A DNA stretch of 64,000 nt from Candidatus Pacearchaeota archaeon (GCA_050124795.1 JASFEO010000001.1:26723-90722), one strand, 5' to 3'. Shown: positions 1 to 10,193, counted from the stretch's first letter. Made by a program: numbers and translations. Notes: a model not told the origin generated them from the letters alone.

Positions 1-40
1 TCTAAAGAATATTGTTGTTTAAAAAATTATGTAAAAATTC

Positions 41-2461
41 TTAGCCGCATTTGCTAAATCCGCATGTGCATTTCATACATCCCTCCTCAGGTCTTAACTT
101 ATCCCCACAATCCGGGCAAACATCTTTAGGAGTCTTTTTCCCTTTTCCGTTTAAACTTTTTCTTTCATTTTCTTTCAAATACTCTTCAAAATTATCTCCG
201 CGAATTATTCCCGAAACCTCTTCGTCAAGTTCGTCAAAATCAACTCTCCCCAAAAGGATATCTTTAATAGGGTGGGTTCTTCTTGCGAGTTCATATTTCA
301 TTAAAGCTCTTGAAAATCCTTGCGGGATTGAACTGACTAACCCCGAGTTTGTAATGGAGCTATCTTTTGAACCAATATCTTTTAGTTTTTTAATTAGCCC
401 CAATGAGCTTCCGCCCCCCCTTAAATGTTCTGAAGAAAGTCTCCCGATTGCCTCTAAACTTGCAGCGATTTCACCGCCTGCATTCCCAATTGTCCCGAAT
501 GCTTCCACAACATCATAATTTCTTTTTGGGTCGATACTCATGTTTACATGCATATTCCCCTTTGGTGTTGCTTGTTTTACTTTAAGTGCAGAAATAATAT
601 TTGGAATCCTTATTAAATTTTCAAGAGAAGCTTTTGTTCCGTCTTCTTTTTCGCCTGTTGTCAAAATTTGCTTTTCCTTGCTTCCATCCCGATAAATTGT
701 AATTCCTTTGCAATCTAATTCATATGCTAAGTCATAGATTCTGCGAACATCTTCCACTGTGGCATCCTTTGTCAAATTAACAGTTTTGCTCACTGCATTA
801 TGAACATATTTTTGAAAAGCTGCCTGCATTCTCACATGCCACTCAGGAGCAACATCATGCGCTGTTGGGAATAATTCCTTTATTTCATTTTTTATTTTTT
901 CTGGGAGGAACGTATTTTTAAGATGAGGATCTTTTGCGATCGCCATCAAAAGTTCTTTGCTATATAGATCTTTCTCTTTAAGGTATTCTTCAAAAGTTGG
1001 ATTAACCTCAATTAAATCTTTTCCAAGACTGTCTCCAACATTTCTATTAAAAACTGGAGCAAAAAGTGGTTCAATTCCTGAAGAAGCATTCGCAATAACT
1101 GAAAGTGTTCCTGTCGGGGCGATTGTTGTAAGAGTCGCATTTCTTCTTGGAGGAAGATTTTGTTCTGCATAAATGCTCTCATCAAAATTTGGAAAAGCTC
1201 CTCTTTCCTGTGCTAATTTTTCTGATTCATCAATTGAAGTTTTATTAATGAATTTCATAACTTTTTTTGCTTCAATCAATGCTTTTTTACTTTGATAACT
1301 AATTTTTTTTCTTGCTAAGTAATCTGAAAATCCCATGACTCCAAGACCAATTTTTCTGTTTGCAAGAACCATTTTTTCTATTTGCGGCAAGGGATATTTT
1401 CCGACTTCAATCGCATTATCTAAACTCCTTGTTGCGATTCTAACAATCCTCTCAAGATTATTCCAGTCTGTGTCACCATTCTTAGTAACTACTTTCCCCA
1501 GATTTATCGAGCCAAGATTGCATGCCTCCATTGGAAGAAGCGGCTGTTCTCCACAGGGATTTGTTGATTCTATCTTTCCAACTTTTGGTGTTGGATTATC
1601 TTTATTCATTTTATCAATAAACACAACCCCAGGGTCTCCATTGTGGTGCGCCTGCACAACAAGCTTTTCATAAACATTCCTTGCATCCAATTCTCCTGCG
1701 ACACTTCCATCCTTCGGATTGATTAGATTATAATTTCTTCCCTCTCTAACTGCATTCATAAATTCGTCAGTAACTCCAACAGACAAATTAAAATTATTAA
1801 GTTCCCCATCTTTTTCTTTAGCATAAATAAAATCAAGAATATCTGGATGATCAACATTAAGAATTCCCATATTGGCCCCCCTTCTTGTTCCGCCTTGTTT
1901 AACCTGCTCTGTTGCAGAATTAAAAATTTTCATAAATGAAATTGGCCCGGATGCAACCCCCCCAGTTGTCCCAACATAACTATCTTTTGACCTTAATCTT
2001 GAAAATGAAAAACCTGTTCCCCCCCCAGATTTATGAACCATCGCAGTCCATTTCAGAGAATCAAAAATTTCTTCCATGCTATCCCCAACAGGCAAAACAA
2101 AACATGCTGCAAGCTGCTGCAAATCTCCTCCTGCGTTCATCAGTGTCGGAGAGTTAAATAAAAATTCTCCATTATACATCACTCCAAAAAGGTCTTCCTC
2201 AAACTCTTTTACCCTCGCATCTTCGCCGATAATCTCATAGCGTTCACTAAAAGGCATTTCTTTTGTTACCTTGTCTTTTAATCCTTTAAGATAAAATGCT
2301 TCAGCAGATGCAATATTTCTTGCAACCCTTCTATACATATCTGTCGCTGTTTCAAGAACTCTCCCTTTTTCATCTTTTTTTAAATATCTTCCTTCAAGAG
2401 CGGTTATAGATGAATCTGCTAATTCTAAATTATCTTCCAAACCGCTTGAATATTTCGCCAT
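41..2461 (-). CDS. nrdJ: Adenosylcobalamin-dependent (class II) ribonucleotide reductase
   Basis: 806 aa; active-site region NPCGEQPLLPMEACNLGSINL; C-terminal Cys cluster CPDCGDK...CMKCTCGFSKCG; overall RNR large-subunit architecture. Confidence 0.85.
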   Translation of the reverse strand: MAKYSSGLEDNLELADSSITALEGRYLKKDEKGRVLETATDMYRRVARNIASAEAFYLKGLKDKVTKEMPFSERYEIIGEDARVKEFEEDLFGVMYNGEFLFNSPTLMNAGGDLQQLAACFVLPVGDSMEEIFDSLKWTAMVHKSGGGTGFSFSRLRSKDSYVGTTGGVASGPISFMKIFNSATEQVKQGGTRRGANMGILNVDHPDILDFIYAKEKDGELNNFNLSVGVTDEFMNAVREGRNYNLINPKDGSVAGELDARNVYEKLVVQAHHNGDPGVVFIDKMNKDNPTPKVGKIESTNPCGEQPLLPMEACNLGSINLGKVVTKNGDTDWNNLERIVRIATRSLDNAIEVGKYPLPQIEKMVLANRKIGLGVMGFSDYLARKKISYQSKKALIEAKKVMKFINKTSIDESEKLAQERGAFPNFDESIYAEQNLPPRRNATLTTIAPTGTLSVIANASSGIEPLFAPVFNRNVGDSLGKDLIEVNPTFEEYLKEKDLYSKELLMAIAKDPHLKNTFLPEKIKNEIKELFPTAHDVAPEWHVRMQAAFQKYVHNAVSKTVNLTKDATVEDVRRIYDLAYELDCKGITIYRDGSKEKQILTTGEKEDGTKASLENLIRIPNIISALKVKQATPKGNMHVNMSIDPKRNYDVVEAFGTIGNAGGEIAASLEAIGRLSSEHLRGGGSSLGLIKKLKDIGSKDSSITNSGLVSSIPQGFSRALMKYELARRTHPIKDILLGRVDFDELDEEVSGIIRGDNFEEYLKENERKSLNGKGKKTPKDVCPDCGDKLRPEEGCMKCTCGFSKCG

Positions 2462-2464
2462 TCT

Positions 2465-2905
2465 TTAATTCATCCCCCTAATCTCTCGCCGAAAATCTCC
2501 TAAATCCTGAAAATCTCGGTAAACAGATGCAAATCTAATATACGCGACATTATCAACTGATTTTATCTTCTTCATAATCAGTTCCCCTAAAAAAGAACTT
2601 GGAATTTCTTTCTTCCCCTTTTTCCTCAATTGTTCCTCAATTTGATTTATCATTTTGTCAATTTTTTCATGTGATACAGGTCTTTTTTCAAATGCCTTTT
2701 CAATCCCGCATCGCAATTTTTCTCTTGAAAATTTCTCTCTCCTTTTATCTTTTTTGATGATGTAAAACATATGTTCAACTATATTTTCATAAGTTGTAAA
2801 CCTTTTTTTGCATTTTTTGCACTCGCGTCTTCGCCTTATGCCTGTTGGCGAATCTCTTTTATCAGTCACCCGAAGACTTGAATGTGCACAATATGGGCAT
2901 TCCAT
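2465..2905 (-). CDS. nrdR: NrdR-like transcriptional repressor (Zn ribbon + ATP-cone)
   Basis: 146 aa; N-terminal MECPYCAHSSLRVTDKR...ECKKCKKRFTTYE zinc ribbon followed by an ATP-cone-like region; immediately downstream of and co-oriented with the RNR gene. Confidence 0.7.
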   Translation of the reverse strand: MECPYCAHSSLRVTDKRDSPTGIRRRRECKKCKKRFTTYENIVEHMFYIIKKDKRREKFSREKLRCGIEKAFEKRPVSHEKIDKMINQIEEQLRKKGKKEIPSSFLGELIMKKIKSVDNVAYIRFASVYRDFQDLGDFRREIRGMN

Positions 2906-3070
2906 TGTTTTTATTTTACTACAATATATTGTATGTTATAATACTTAACAACTCAATAAATTGTATTTAATGCAAAACATAAAAATCTTTTTCTATTTAA
3001 ACTTTTAGAACTATCAAAAAAAAGTAACACAAACTTTTGAGAAATATTTATAAACTGAATTCTTATAATA

Positions 3071-3340
3071 TTGTTAAGAGGTAAAATGGTAAACGATTAT
3101 TTGGCAATTGCTTCAGCAGCATTGGGTGTTCCAATTTGGGTGCTTGTCTTAATTGTAATTTGGTCAGGAGTTTGGAAACTTCTTGCACTTTGGAAATCTG
3201 CCCGCAAAGGCTCAATACCATGGTTCATAGTTTTAGGAATTCTAAACACCTTAGGAATTTTAGAAATACTTTACATTTTTGTTTTCTCTAAAATGAAAAT
3301 AAAAAACATATTTAAGAAAAAAGGTAAAAAAGAAGATTAA
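3071..3340 (+). CDS. Small membrane protein (2 TM helices), unknown function
   Basis: Hydrophobic helices WVLVLIVIWSGVW and WFIVLGILNTLGILEILYIFVF; probable true start at internal MVNDY, preceded by aagaggtaaa RBS and an upstream TATA-like tttataaa. Confidence 0.4.
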   Translation: MLRGKMVNDYLAIASAALGVPIWVLVLIVIWSGVWKLLALWKSARKGSIPWFIVLGILNTLGILEILYIFVFSKMKIKNIFKKKGKKED

Positions 3341-3357
3341 GGCCTTAAGTTATTACT

Positions 3358-3714
3358 TTAATCGGGATGATGTGCTTCAAAATATCTTACACTATGCACG
3401 GCATATTCTTCCCTGAGTGTAAAATCCCCTACTCTGCCCTTAAAAACTTTTTTTTCTTGTGCAAATTCACGCAAAATACTCTCTGAAATCCCCCCCACCA
3501 TAAATCCTTCTGTTACATCTTTTATTAGAAATCTTTCGTAACCCTTTTTTACTAAATAGTCCGCCACAATACAATCAACATCAAAATTGCATATACTTGC
3601 ATCATTGATTGTGATGTATGGAGATTCTAATAAACAACTTTCTATAACTCTCTTGCATTCATTTTTTTCATTATTGAGTTTTTCATCAATTCCTTTTTCC
3701 ATAAAAATAAACAA
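3358..3714 (-). CDS. Hypothetical protein
   Basis: 118 aa intact ORF; no motif I can assign. Confidence 0.3.
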   Translation of the reverse strand: MFIFMEKGIDEKLNNEKNECKRVIESCLLESPYITINDASICNFDVDCIVADYLVKKGYERFLIKDVTEGFMVGGISESILREFAQEKKVFKGRVGDFTLREEYAVHSVRYFEAHHPD

Positions 3715-3821
3715 CCTCTAATATTTATAAAGATTTATATGTTGTAGAAATTATGCAGCAGAAATCAAAACATCTTTTTGAGTATACAAATAATTATAAA
3801 TAATAATTTTCTCTTTTAATT

Positions 3822-4118
3822 ATGGATACAAAAATGCAAAGATATTCTGAACATGGGGTTAGAAAAACCGGTAGAAGGGTGGGGAATGAAAATCTATTTT
3901 ATGTTCTTTTAAAATGGGGTGAAGATTCTTATCCAATGCATAGTGAAATGATTGTAGATAAAGAGAATATTTCTGTGGGCTTTTATGCAAGAGTATTAAT
4001 CGCAGATAATAAAGAAAGGATTGTAAAAGGAAAGTTTTTAGATAATCTTTTTTTAGTGAAGGGAATTTTGAAGAAGATAAAAATCAGCAAATCCAGGTGG
4101 GAGACCAGGTTGCAATAA
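3822..4118 (+). CDS. Hypothetical protein
   Basis: 98 aa ORF in intergenic space; no recognisable motif. Confidence 0.25.
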   Translation: MDTKMQRYSEHGVRKTGRRVGNENLFYVLLKWGEDSYPMHSEMIVDKENISVGFYARVLIADNKERIVKGKFLDNLFLVKGILKKIKISKSRWETRLQ

Positions 4119-4310
4119 GATACACCCGGGAAGATGTGGAAAAAAAAAGAATCTGGATTTTATCAGTCGCAGCATACGATTAAAAATATAATTGAAGTTC
4201 CAAGTGAGATTTTTGATCGTTGCGCAAGGGCTGCATTGTTGCATCAACATTCTGCAGTTGGTTTCTAGCAATTCAAACTTTTTGAAAAAAATTAAAAATA
4301 AAATCTCTCT

Positions 4311-5126
4311 TTAGACAAATCTCACCAACTCACACTTCTTGCAAATTTTATTCATCGTCGGTTCTCCGCATTTTTCACAATATTGCAATTTAACTTTTTC
4401 CTTTTTCCTTTTTCCTAAAACTTCCTGAGAATTTTTCACAATATTCATCTTCTCTTTTGTTGGCAAGTTTTCCAAAAAACTTCTAACCTGTATTCGATAA
4501 GAATCAATTGCGCACGGGCATTTTTCATAATTCACAGGCAGCCTTTTTTCTTTAGAAAATTTTTTTATATCTTTTTCTGCCAAATAAAACAAAGGCTTTA
4601 TCCTCGGGATGAATTTTTTATTCTTCACATTCTGAGTAATTGCTCCTGTCCCGAAACTTAATTTTAAATTCCCCTTTAAAATATTCAACAAATAAGTCTG
4701 TGCTTCATCGTCGAGATTATGCCCTGTTGCAATTTTGTCAAACTTTAATTTTCTTGCCTCGCGATTCATTATCCATTTTTTGATAACTCCGCAAATTGCG
4801 CAATTTTTAATTTGCCCTTTTTTGTGTTTTGACTGAATTGCGCCTCTCAAATAACACATGCTGCTCCCCATTTCTTTTTTCACACCATACAAATGAAGTT
4901 CGATTCCAAGGTCACTGCAAAGTTCTTTTACTTTTTTCAAACATTCCTCGCTATACTCCCCCATCCCAAGATCAATATGAAAACCCTTAATATCAAATCC
5001 AAACTTTTTTAAGAAATATGCCATGATAGTTGAATCCTTGCCACCTGAGAGCGCAACTAAAATTTTGTCTGATTTTTTTAAACCAATATCCTTCAAAGTT
5101 TTTTTTACTATTGTTTCTATTTTCAT
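4311..5126 (-). CDS. PP-loop ATPase, TtcA/NcsA-type tRNA thiolation enzyme
   Basis: SGGKDS PP-loop near the N-terminus; several CxxC pairs including C-terminal CEKCGEPTMNKICKKCEL zinc ribbon. Confidence 0.6.
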   Translation of the reverse strand: MKIETIVKKTLKDIGLKKSDKILVALSGGKDSTIMAYFLKKFGFDIKGFHIDLGMGEYSEECLKKVKELCSDLGIELHLYGVKKEMGSSMCYLRGAIQSKHKKGQIKNCAICGVIKKWIMNREARKLKFDKIATGHNLDDEAQTYLLNILKGNLKLSFGTGAITQNVKNKKFIPRIKPLFYLAEKDIKKFSKEKRLPVNYEKCPCAIDSYRIQVRSFLENLPTKEKMNIVKNSQEVLGKRKKEKVKLQYCEKCGEPTMNKICKKCELVRFV

Positions 5127-5223
5127 TTTATAATATGGGAAAAATTCTTTTTAAGTTTTGCAATCACTCAAAAAACCTCATAAAAACTTAAAAACCCTAA
5201 TAATTTTCAACACCTATTAAAAG

Positions 5224-5853
5224 ATGGAAGACCAGCAAAAATTCAAACGACACACAGCATACAAATTTCGAATCGGAGACTTGTTAATTGGAAAACCAAT
5301 AATGGACAATGAAAGATTTTCTTTTTTAGAATTAGGAGATAAAAAAATAGTCAGAATTAATGTAATCGGAAACATAGTTGACAGATACGACAGCGAAGGA
5401 GAAACCAAGTTCACTTCTTTTACAATCGACGACGGCTCAGGACAAATGAAAATGAGAGTCTTTGCTGACGATGTTGGGAAATTCAAAAATATTTTACAAG
5501 GACAAACTGTTGTTGTAATAGGTCTCTTAAGATTTTACAATAATGAAATTTATATTTCCCCAGACATAATAAAAGAACATGATTCAAAATATTTACTAAT
5601 TAGAAAACTTGAAACAGAAAAAGAGCGAAATAAAAACACAACCCCTGTCGAGAGAACAGAAATGATCGCAATAAAAGATAAAATTTTAGAAAAAATAAAA
5701 TCATCTGAAGAAGACGGCGGCATTGAAACAGACAAAATCATCATGGAGTTAAGAGAGGCAACACCAGAAATAATAAATCAGGAAATTCAAAAGCTCCTTG
5801 AAGAAGGAATTATTTTTGAACCCCGCCCTGGAAAAGTTCGTTGGCTGGGTTAA
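5224..5853 (+). CDS. OB-fold nucleic-acid-binding protein with C-terminal winged-helix (RPA/Stn1-like architecture)
   Basis: Central beta-rich segment INVIGNIVDRYDSEGETKFTSFTIDDGSGQMKMRVFADD...VVVIGLLRFYNNEIYISPD typical of OB folds; C-terminal helical IIMELREATPEIINQEIQKLLEEGIIFE wH-like. Confidence 0.4.
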   Translation: MEDQQKFKRHTAYKFRIGDLLIGKPIMDNERFSFLELGDKKIVRINVIGNIVDRYDSEGETKFTSFTIDDGSGQMKMRVFADDVGKFKNILQGQTVVVIGLLRFYNNEIYISPDIIKEHDSKYLLIRKLETEKERNKNTTPVERTEMIAIKDKILEKIKSSEEDGGIETDKIIMELREATPEIINQEIQKLLEEGIIFEPRPGKVRWLG

Positions 5854-6235
5854 AATGGAGCTAAACAGAGATGAATTAATTTTTGCAGAAGAAGTTCTTT
5901 ATCTGTTATACAATAAAGGAATAAAAAGTTTCCCATTTAAAACCAGGCAATATCACTTTGCATTAAAAAAGATTAAAAATGATTTTGAGAAAAAAAGAGA
6001 ACTGAATTTTCCATTAGATTTTTTATTGACGCTTGAACCTATTACTGGAGAATTTCCAAGAATGTATGCTGCGATTATGAGGAATTTAGGAGAATGTGCT
6101 GCAATAAAATCACCTTACTTTAATGAAATAACTTTTGACTCATACTCCAGAAGAATTCAGAATTTTTTAGTTAAGGGTAATCCTTTGGTTGAAAAATTTA
6201 CAAAGAGTTTTATTAAAGAACTTAAACTTTGTTAA
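5798..6235 (+). CDS. Hypothetical protein (likely starts at internal MELNRDE, approx. 5855)
   Basis: ORF overlaps the upstream gene end; no motif. Confidence 0.3.
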   Translation: MKKELFLNPALEKFVGWVKMELNRDELIFAEEVLYLLYNKGIKSFPFKTRQYHFALKKIKNDFEKKRELNFPLDFLLTLEPITGEFPRMYAAIMRNLGECAAIKSPYFNEITFDSYSRRIQNFLVKGNPLVEKFTKSFIKELKLC

Positions 6236-6579
6236 AAATCTAAGAGTTAACTATAATCTTTTTTAATAGAAAATGTATCTCCTATCCCAGACATTTTTTC
6301 ATAGAGTTTAAATGTTCTTTTTAGTACTCCTTCAAATTTTGAAGAGTATAGATAGGCAGTCTCATGTAGATTGCTGATTCCAAAAATCGTTTTTTTCTTT
6401 CTCTTTGACTTTTATCCATTCTGGGGTGTATTTTACTTCAACATCAAAACTTTTTCCATAAAGTGAATCAATAAAACATGAAAGTTCTCTAAAAGCTTTT
6501 CCCCAGTTATATCTTTAATCTTTGCCATAACTTTTCATAGAAATATCTCTTTATAAAAATTTATATCTTTTGAAATAAC

Positions 6580-7086
6580 TTATTTTTTATGGTATTTTTT
6601 ATTAAACCAATAAGCCACATAAATTACAATAACTAATCCAACTAAGCTTAATAAAAATTTCATCAGGTCTGCAGAATATTGCCAGTATCCCCCGACGCCG
6701 TAAAGAATTGTTGCAACTCCTCCGCCCATAAGTCCTGCGCCAACTGCTTCAAGACCAAAAACTAAAGCGCCAATTGCAATTATAATTATCCCAAGAGGAA
6801 GAGTCACTAAAAAAACTTTTTTATAATATTTCTCCCTTGCCTTGTCATATTCCTCTTCGCAACCGGAATAAATATTGCAATAACCATGGTCTTCCCACAC
6901 TCCTCCTTCTGCAGCACATTCGCTTTGAGTTTCAATAACTTTCGCAGTTCTCACACTTCCGCAAAAATCATCGTACTCAGGCTTTTCAAAAATTAAATTA
7001 TTTCCATAAACAACCACGAAAATTGTCAGAATCATAATCGCAATTCCAAGAACAATATTTTTTATATCCATAACCAAACAATGCAA
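6580..7086 (-). CDS. Membrane protein with Cys-containing extracellular loop
   Basis: N-terminal TM IVLGIAIMILTIFVVVYG, Cys-containing segment CGSVRTAKVIETQSECAAEGGVWEDHGYCNIYSGCEEE, then 2-3 further TM helices. Confidence 0.4.
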   Translation of the reverse strand: MHCLVMDIKNIVLGIAIMILTIFVVVYGNNLIFEKPEYDDFCGSVRTAKVIETQSECAAEGGVWEDHGYCNIYSGCEEEYDKAREKYYKKVFLVTLPLGIIIIAIGALVFGLEAVGAGLMGGGVATILYGVGGYWQYSADLMKFLLSLVGLVIVIYVAYWFNKKYHKK

Positions 7087-7113
7087 ATTTAGTTTATATA
7101 GTTTTTTATAAGT

Positions 7114-7563
7114 TCAATTTTCTCTGAACATCTCAATCATTTTATCTGTCCATCCCCAGCTTTTAAGAATCTCATTTCTAGTTTCATTATCAAAATCATT
7201 TGGGTCTGGGATTTCCAGATATTCTCCGAGAATATTTTCTGCTTCTTCCCGAAGTTCTTCAGAAGTTTTATGTTTTAAGTCTTTTCCTAATTCAATAAAA
7301 TTATAATAAGCATTTGATATAAACTCCCCCGGAATTCCCAGGGAATCAATAGGACTTATTCCTGTCCAGTTAAGTGGCGTAGTTAATTCATTCATTATCT
7401 CTCCATATTTTCTTTCATAATATCTTCTACTAGAGGCAATATATCTTTTATCTTTATTCTTTCCTGCATGAGCAATGCAATGAAGAGTTCCCTTTAATTC
7501 ATCTTCAAGAGTTCTTAGAAAAATTTCCATTCCATCACTGACAACATCAAACACACTTTCCAT
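7114..7563 (-). CDS. Hypothetical protein
   Basis: 149 aa intact ORF, acidic; no motif. Confidence 0.35.
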   Translation of the reverse strand: MESVFDVVSDGMEIFLRTLEDELKGTLHCIAHAGKNKDKRYIASSRRYYERKYGEIMNELTTPLNWTGISPIDSLGIPGEFISNAYYNFIELGKDLKHKTSEELREEAENILGEYLEIPDPNDFDNETRNEILKSWGWTDKMIEMFREN

Positions 7564-7623
7564 TAATTATTTTAAGATTTCTATTTTATAAAAATTTATA
7601 TACTCTGATTTCGCGAGATAATT

Positions 7624-8031
7624 ATGACATACGAACAATTACTAGATGAAGCATACAAAAAGGTCAAGCAGGTTAATACAAATAGCGATCGCTTTGAAAT
7701 TCCTAGAATTGAGGGTCACTTTGAAGGAAAGAAAACTGTTCTTACTAATTTTCTTGCAATTGCCTCTCACTTAAGACGTAAGCCAGGGCATTTTCAAAAG
7801 TTCATTCTAAAAGAACTTGCAGCATCCGGTCAAATTGAAGGAGAGAGATTAGTCTTAAACATAAAAGTTCCAAGTGCTAAGATAAATCAAAAAATTGCAG
7901 ATTATGCAAAAGAATTTGTAATTTGCCGAGAGTGCGGAAAACCAGACACTGAAATCAAAAAAGAAGACAGATTAAATTTTGTTCATTGTTTAGCTTGCGG
8001 TGCTAAGCATTCAGTGAGGGGTAAGATATAA
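7624..8031 (+). CDS. eif2b: Translation initiation factor aIF-2 beta subunit
   Basis: 135 aa; N-terminal helical domain plus C-terminal C4 zinc ribbon CRECGKPDTEI...CLACGAKH, characteristic of a/eIF2-beta. Confidence 0.8.
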   Translation: MTYEQLLDEAYKKVKQVNTNSDRFEIPRIEGHFEGKKTVLTNFLAIASHLRRKPGHFQKFILKELAASGQIEGERLVLNIKVPSAKINQKIADYAKEFVICRECGKPDTEIKKEDRLNFVHCLACGAKHSVRGKI

Positions 8032-8316
8032 ATGGACTTAATGGGATTTTATATTTTTGGGGTTAATAAAGAAATCAGTAATCCTGATGGAGGTATTACT
8101 TATGAAGGAACACTTTCATTTAGAGAGTTAACTCAGAAAGATATAAATAATTCTTCTACAAAAGATTTAGAAAGATTCTTAGAAACAATACGTGTTCAGT
8201 TAAATGGCGGGGGGTGTTTTTCTGATTCAAATATTTTTAGGAATAGAATAAATCAAAGCGCAATATATCGTGCTAAATATTTTGTTGGAGAAAAATTATC
8301 TAATCAAAATCCTTAA
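8032..8316 (+). CDS. Hypothetical protein
   Basis: 94 aa ORF directly abutting the aIF2-beta stop. Confidence 0.3.
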   Translation: MDLMGFYIFGVNKEISNPDGGITYEGTLSFRELTQKDINNSSTKDLERFLETIRVQLNGGGCFSDSNIFRNRINQSAIYRAKYFVGEKLSNQNP

Positions 8317-8379
8317 AAACCCTCGCTACTTAAGGTTTTTAGAGATTCTATTGAATCTATAATTAAATCGGAGGTAAAA

Positions 8380-8589
8380 ATGGTAGAAGGATATTGTGTT
8401 GTGTGCAAAAAGTCTGGCGGAAAAACAAAAAGAAAAATGAAAGACCCTGTAATTGAAAAAACTTCAAAGGGCGGATTTATTGCAAAGGGAATATGTTCTG
8501 ATTGCGGCAAGACAAAAATGTGCGCAATGATGTCAAAAGACAATGCTGAAAAAGCAATTTCATCAGGCGAAGCTAAAAAAGGCTTTTAG
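8380..8589 (+). CDS. Small zinc-ribbon protein
   Basis: CVVCKK...CSDCGK two CxxC pairs, Lys-rich; good RBS (ggaggtaaaaatg). Confidence 0.35.
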   Translation: MVEGYCVVCKKSGGKTKRKMKDPVIEKTSKGGFIAKGICSDCGKTKMCAMMSKDNAEKAISSGEAKKGF

Positions 8590-8737
8590 TTTTACTTTTA
8601 TTTTTTTCTTTTTATTTTTTATTAAACAATTCTTAATTGGATATTCTAGAAAATTAAAACGCATTCATCTGAAACCAATAGTTGTCGTCTCTATTCATAT
8701 ATGCTTCAAAATCATTTAGAAATATCCCAAAATCTCC

Positions 8738-9292
8738 CTAAAAGCCAATTGGTCTTATTATATCACATGACTTGGCAAAATCTGCATTAGCTATCTTTTT
8801 TAGATAAGTTAAATTTTCATCTGCAGAGAATATTCTATATGCCATGCTTGCCTCAACAATTGATTTAGATTCATACCCTTTTTGCAGTAAATGTTCATAA
8901 TAATTTTTAATCCCTTTTTTACCTTGCTTCATTGCCCAATAATATATGCTTCCAAGATGAGTGACCATCTCACGCAAACTTTCATCTTCTTCTGAAAAGT
9001 CTTTTAATCTTTTTCCTTCATAATGTTCCTTTCTTGCAAAAGGATGCAAAAAATGCCCACACTCATGGCTTGTTATAAACATAATATCTTTTTTATCATC
9101 ATAAATATTATTTACTAAGATAGTGTCTGGGTCATAGAAAAAACCTCCTGCAGAAAGAATCCCCTCTATCCCGACTTCACAATAACCAGGATGATTCTGC
9201 AGCCCAAAGAACTTGTGCATTCTATTAACATAATCTTTATGTGTTTCAAGTGCAAATTTTTGCCTTTTCTGAATATCTTCAATTTTTTCCAT
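8738..9292 (-). CDS. Putative zinc metallopeptidase (HExxH motif)
   Basis: ITSHECGHFLH contains HExxH; 184 aa soluble protein. Confidence 0.4.
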   Translation of the reverse strand: MEKIEDIQKRQKFALETHKDYVNRMHKFFGLQNHPGYCEVGIEGILSAGGFFYDPDTILVNNIYDDKKDIMFITSHECGHFLHPFARKEHYEGKRLKDFSEEDESLREMVTHLGSIYYWAMKQGKKGIKNYYEHLLQKGYESKSIVEASMAYRIFSADENLTYLKKIANADFAKSCDIIRPIGF

Positions 9293-9364
9293 AAATTTTC
9301 ATTACAATAATCCTTTTTAACAATTATTATCTAAAATTATATAAATAAGATCTAATTTATTTTT

Positions 9365-9658
9365 TTATGAAATCAATCCATATTTAATTACTACAAGTTC
9401 TTGTCTAATTGTGGGGTTGTCCCCCCTTTTGCAAAAATCATAGGGTCTTTCATCTCCTAAAGCGACTATTTTTGAATAAAACCAATTTCTTGCTTTCTCC
9501 TTTGTTCCAAAAACATCAATCATCATATTAATTAATTCTTCTCCTGCATACTTTTGCATCTCTTTAGTCAATAATAAATCAAGTTTATGCATCTCTTTAG
9601 TCAATAATAAATCAAGTTCTTTGAATTCTTCTCTTTCTAAAAAGTGATCAATTTGCAT
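9365..9658 (-). CDS. Hypothetical protein containing an in-frame 33-bp tandem duplication
   Basis: Peptide LDLLLTKEMHK/LDLLLTKEMQK repeated; DNA unit repeated at about 9554-9619. Confidence 0.3.
   Translation of the reverse strand: MQIDHFLEREEFKELDLLLTKEMHKLDLLLTKEMQKYAGEELINMMIDVFGTKEKARNWFYSKIVALGDERPYDFCKRGDNPTIRQELVVIKYGLIS
9554..9619. repeat. Perfect 33-bp tandem duplication
   Basis: gcatctctttagtcaataataaatcaagtt unit occurs twice consecutively. Confidence 0.7.
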
Positions 9659-9708
9659 TTAATAATAAGACAAGCAAAATATATAAATCCTTCCTCTCTA
9701 AATTTTTT

Positions 9709-10005
9709 ATGCTAATAAAAATTCATAAATCTTATAGAGATGTTGTTGCAGTTTGCGACAAAGAACTTCTTGGAAAATATTTTGAAGAAGGCAAATTTCA
9801 ACTGGATGTGAAAGTTTCTTTTTTTGAAGGTGATGAAAAAAATTCTGAAGAAATGATTGAGGCAATGAAAAATCTAATTCGCGAAGATGCAACATTTAAT
9901 ATAATTGGTGAAAAATCAGTTGATTGCGCTATTAAGTCAGGAATTATAACTGAAAGTTCAGTCGGAAAAATTCAGGGCATCCCTTTTGCCTTAGTTCTGC
10001 TTTAA
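9709..10005 (+). CDS. Conserved archaeal small protein (DUF424-like)
   Basis: 98 aa; pattern MLIKIHKSYRDVVAVCDKELLGKYFEEGKFQLDV... recalls the archaeal DUF424 family, from memory only. Confidence 0.4.
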   Translation: MLIKIHKSYRDVVAVCDKELLGKYFEEGKFQLDVKVSFFEGDEKNSEEMIEAMKNLIREDATFNIIGEKSVDCAIKSGIITESSVGKIQGIPFALVLL

Positions 10006-10147
10006 ATGGCTTTGGAACATAATAATCACATTTAGTTTTGTCTTTAAACAAATAACCACACCTTTTTCTCCCTAAGTTTTTATCAATCTTTCTAAGATAA
10101 CAATTTTCAACCCTTCCATCAAGGCTAAAACAACATTCTTTTTCCAT
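9944..10147 (-). CDS. Small Cys-containing protein, uncertain
   Basis: 67 aa, overlaps 3' end of the previous gene by about 60 nt; CC..C...C..C pattern. Confidence 0.2.
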   Translation of the reverse strand: MEKECCFSLDGRVENCYLRKIDKNLGRKRCGYLFKDKTKCDYYVPKPFKAELRQKGCPEFFRLNFQL

Positions 10148-10193
10148 AACAGAAAAATAAAAAATTAGTTTTTAAAAATTTATATTCTAAACT

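Noticed and set aside
51-2157. ORF-track ORFs on the + strand inside nrdJ (51..518, 403..585, 957..1172, 1335..1673, 1936..2157)
   Set aside because: Antisense to a confidently identified long gene; low-complexity or Ser/Leu-rich translations typical of spurious frames.
6290-6540. Possible gene remnant on the minus strand (MKSYGKD-stop-RYNWGKAFRELSCFIDSLYGKSFDVEVKYTPEWIKVKEKEKNDFWNQQST)
   Set aside because: Too short, interrupted by a stop after 7 codons and without recognisable motif; could be a decayed gene but evidence is insufficient for a feature call.
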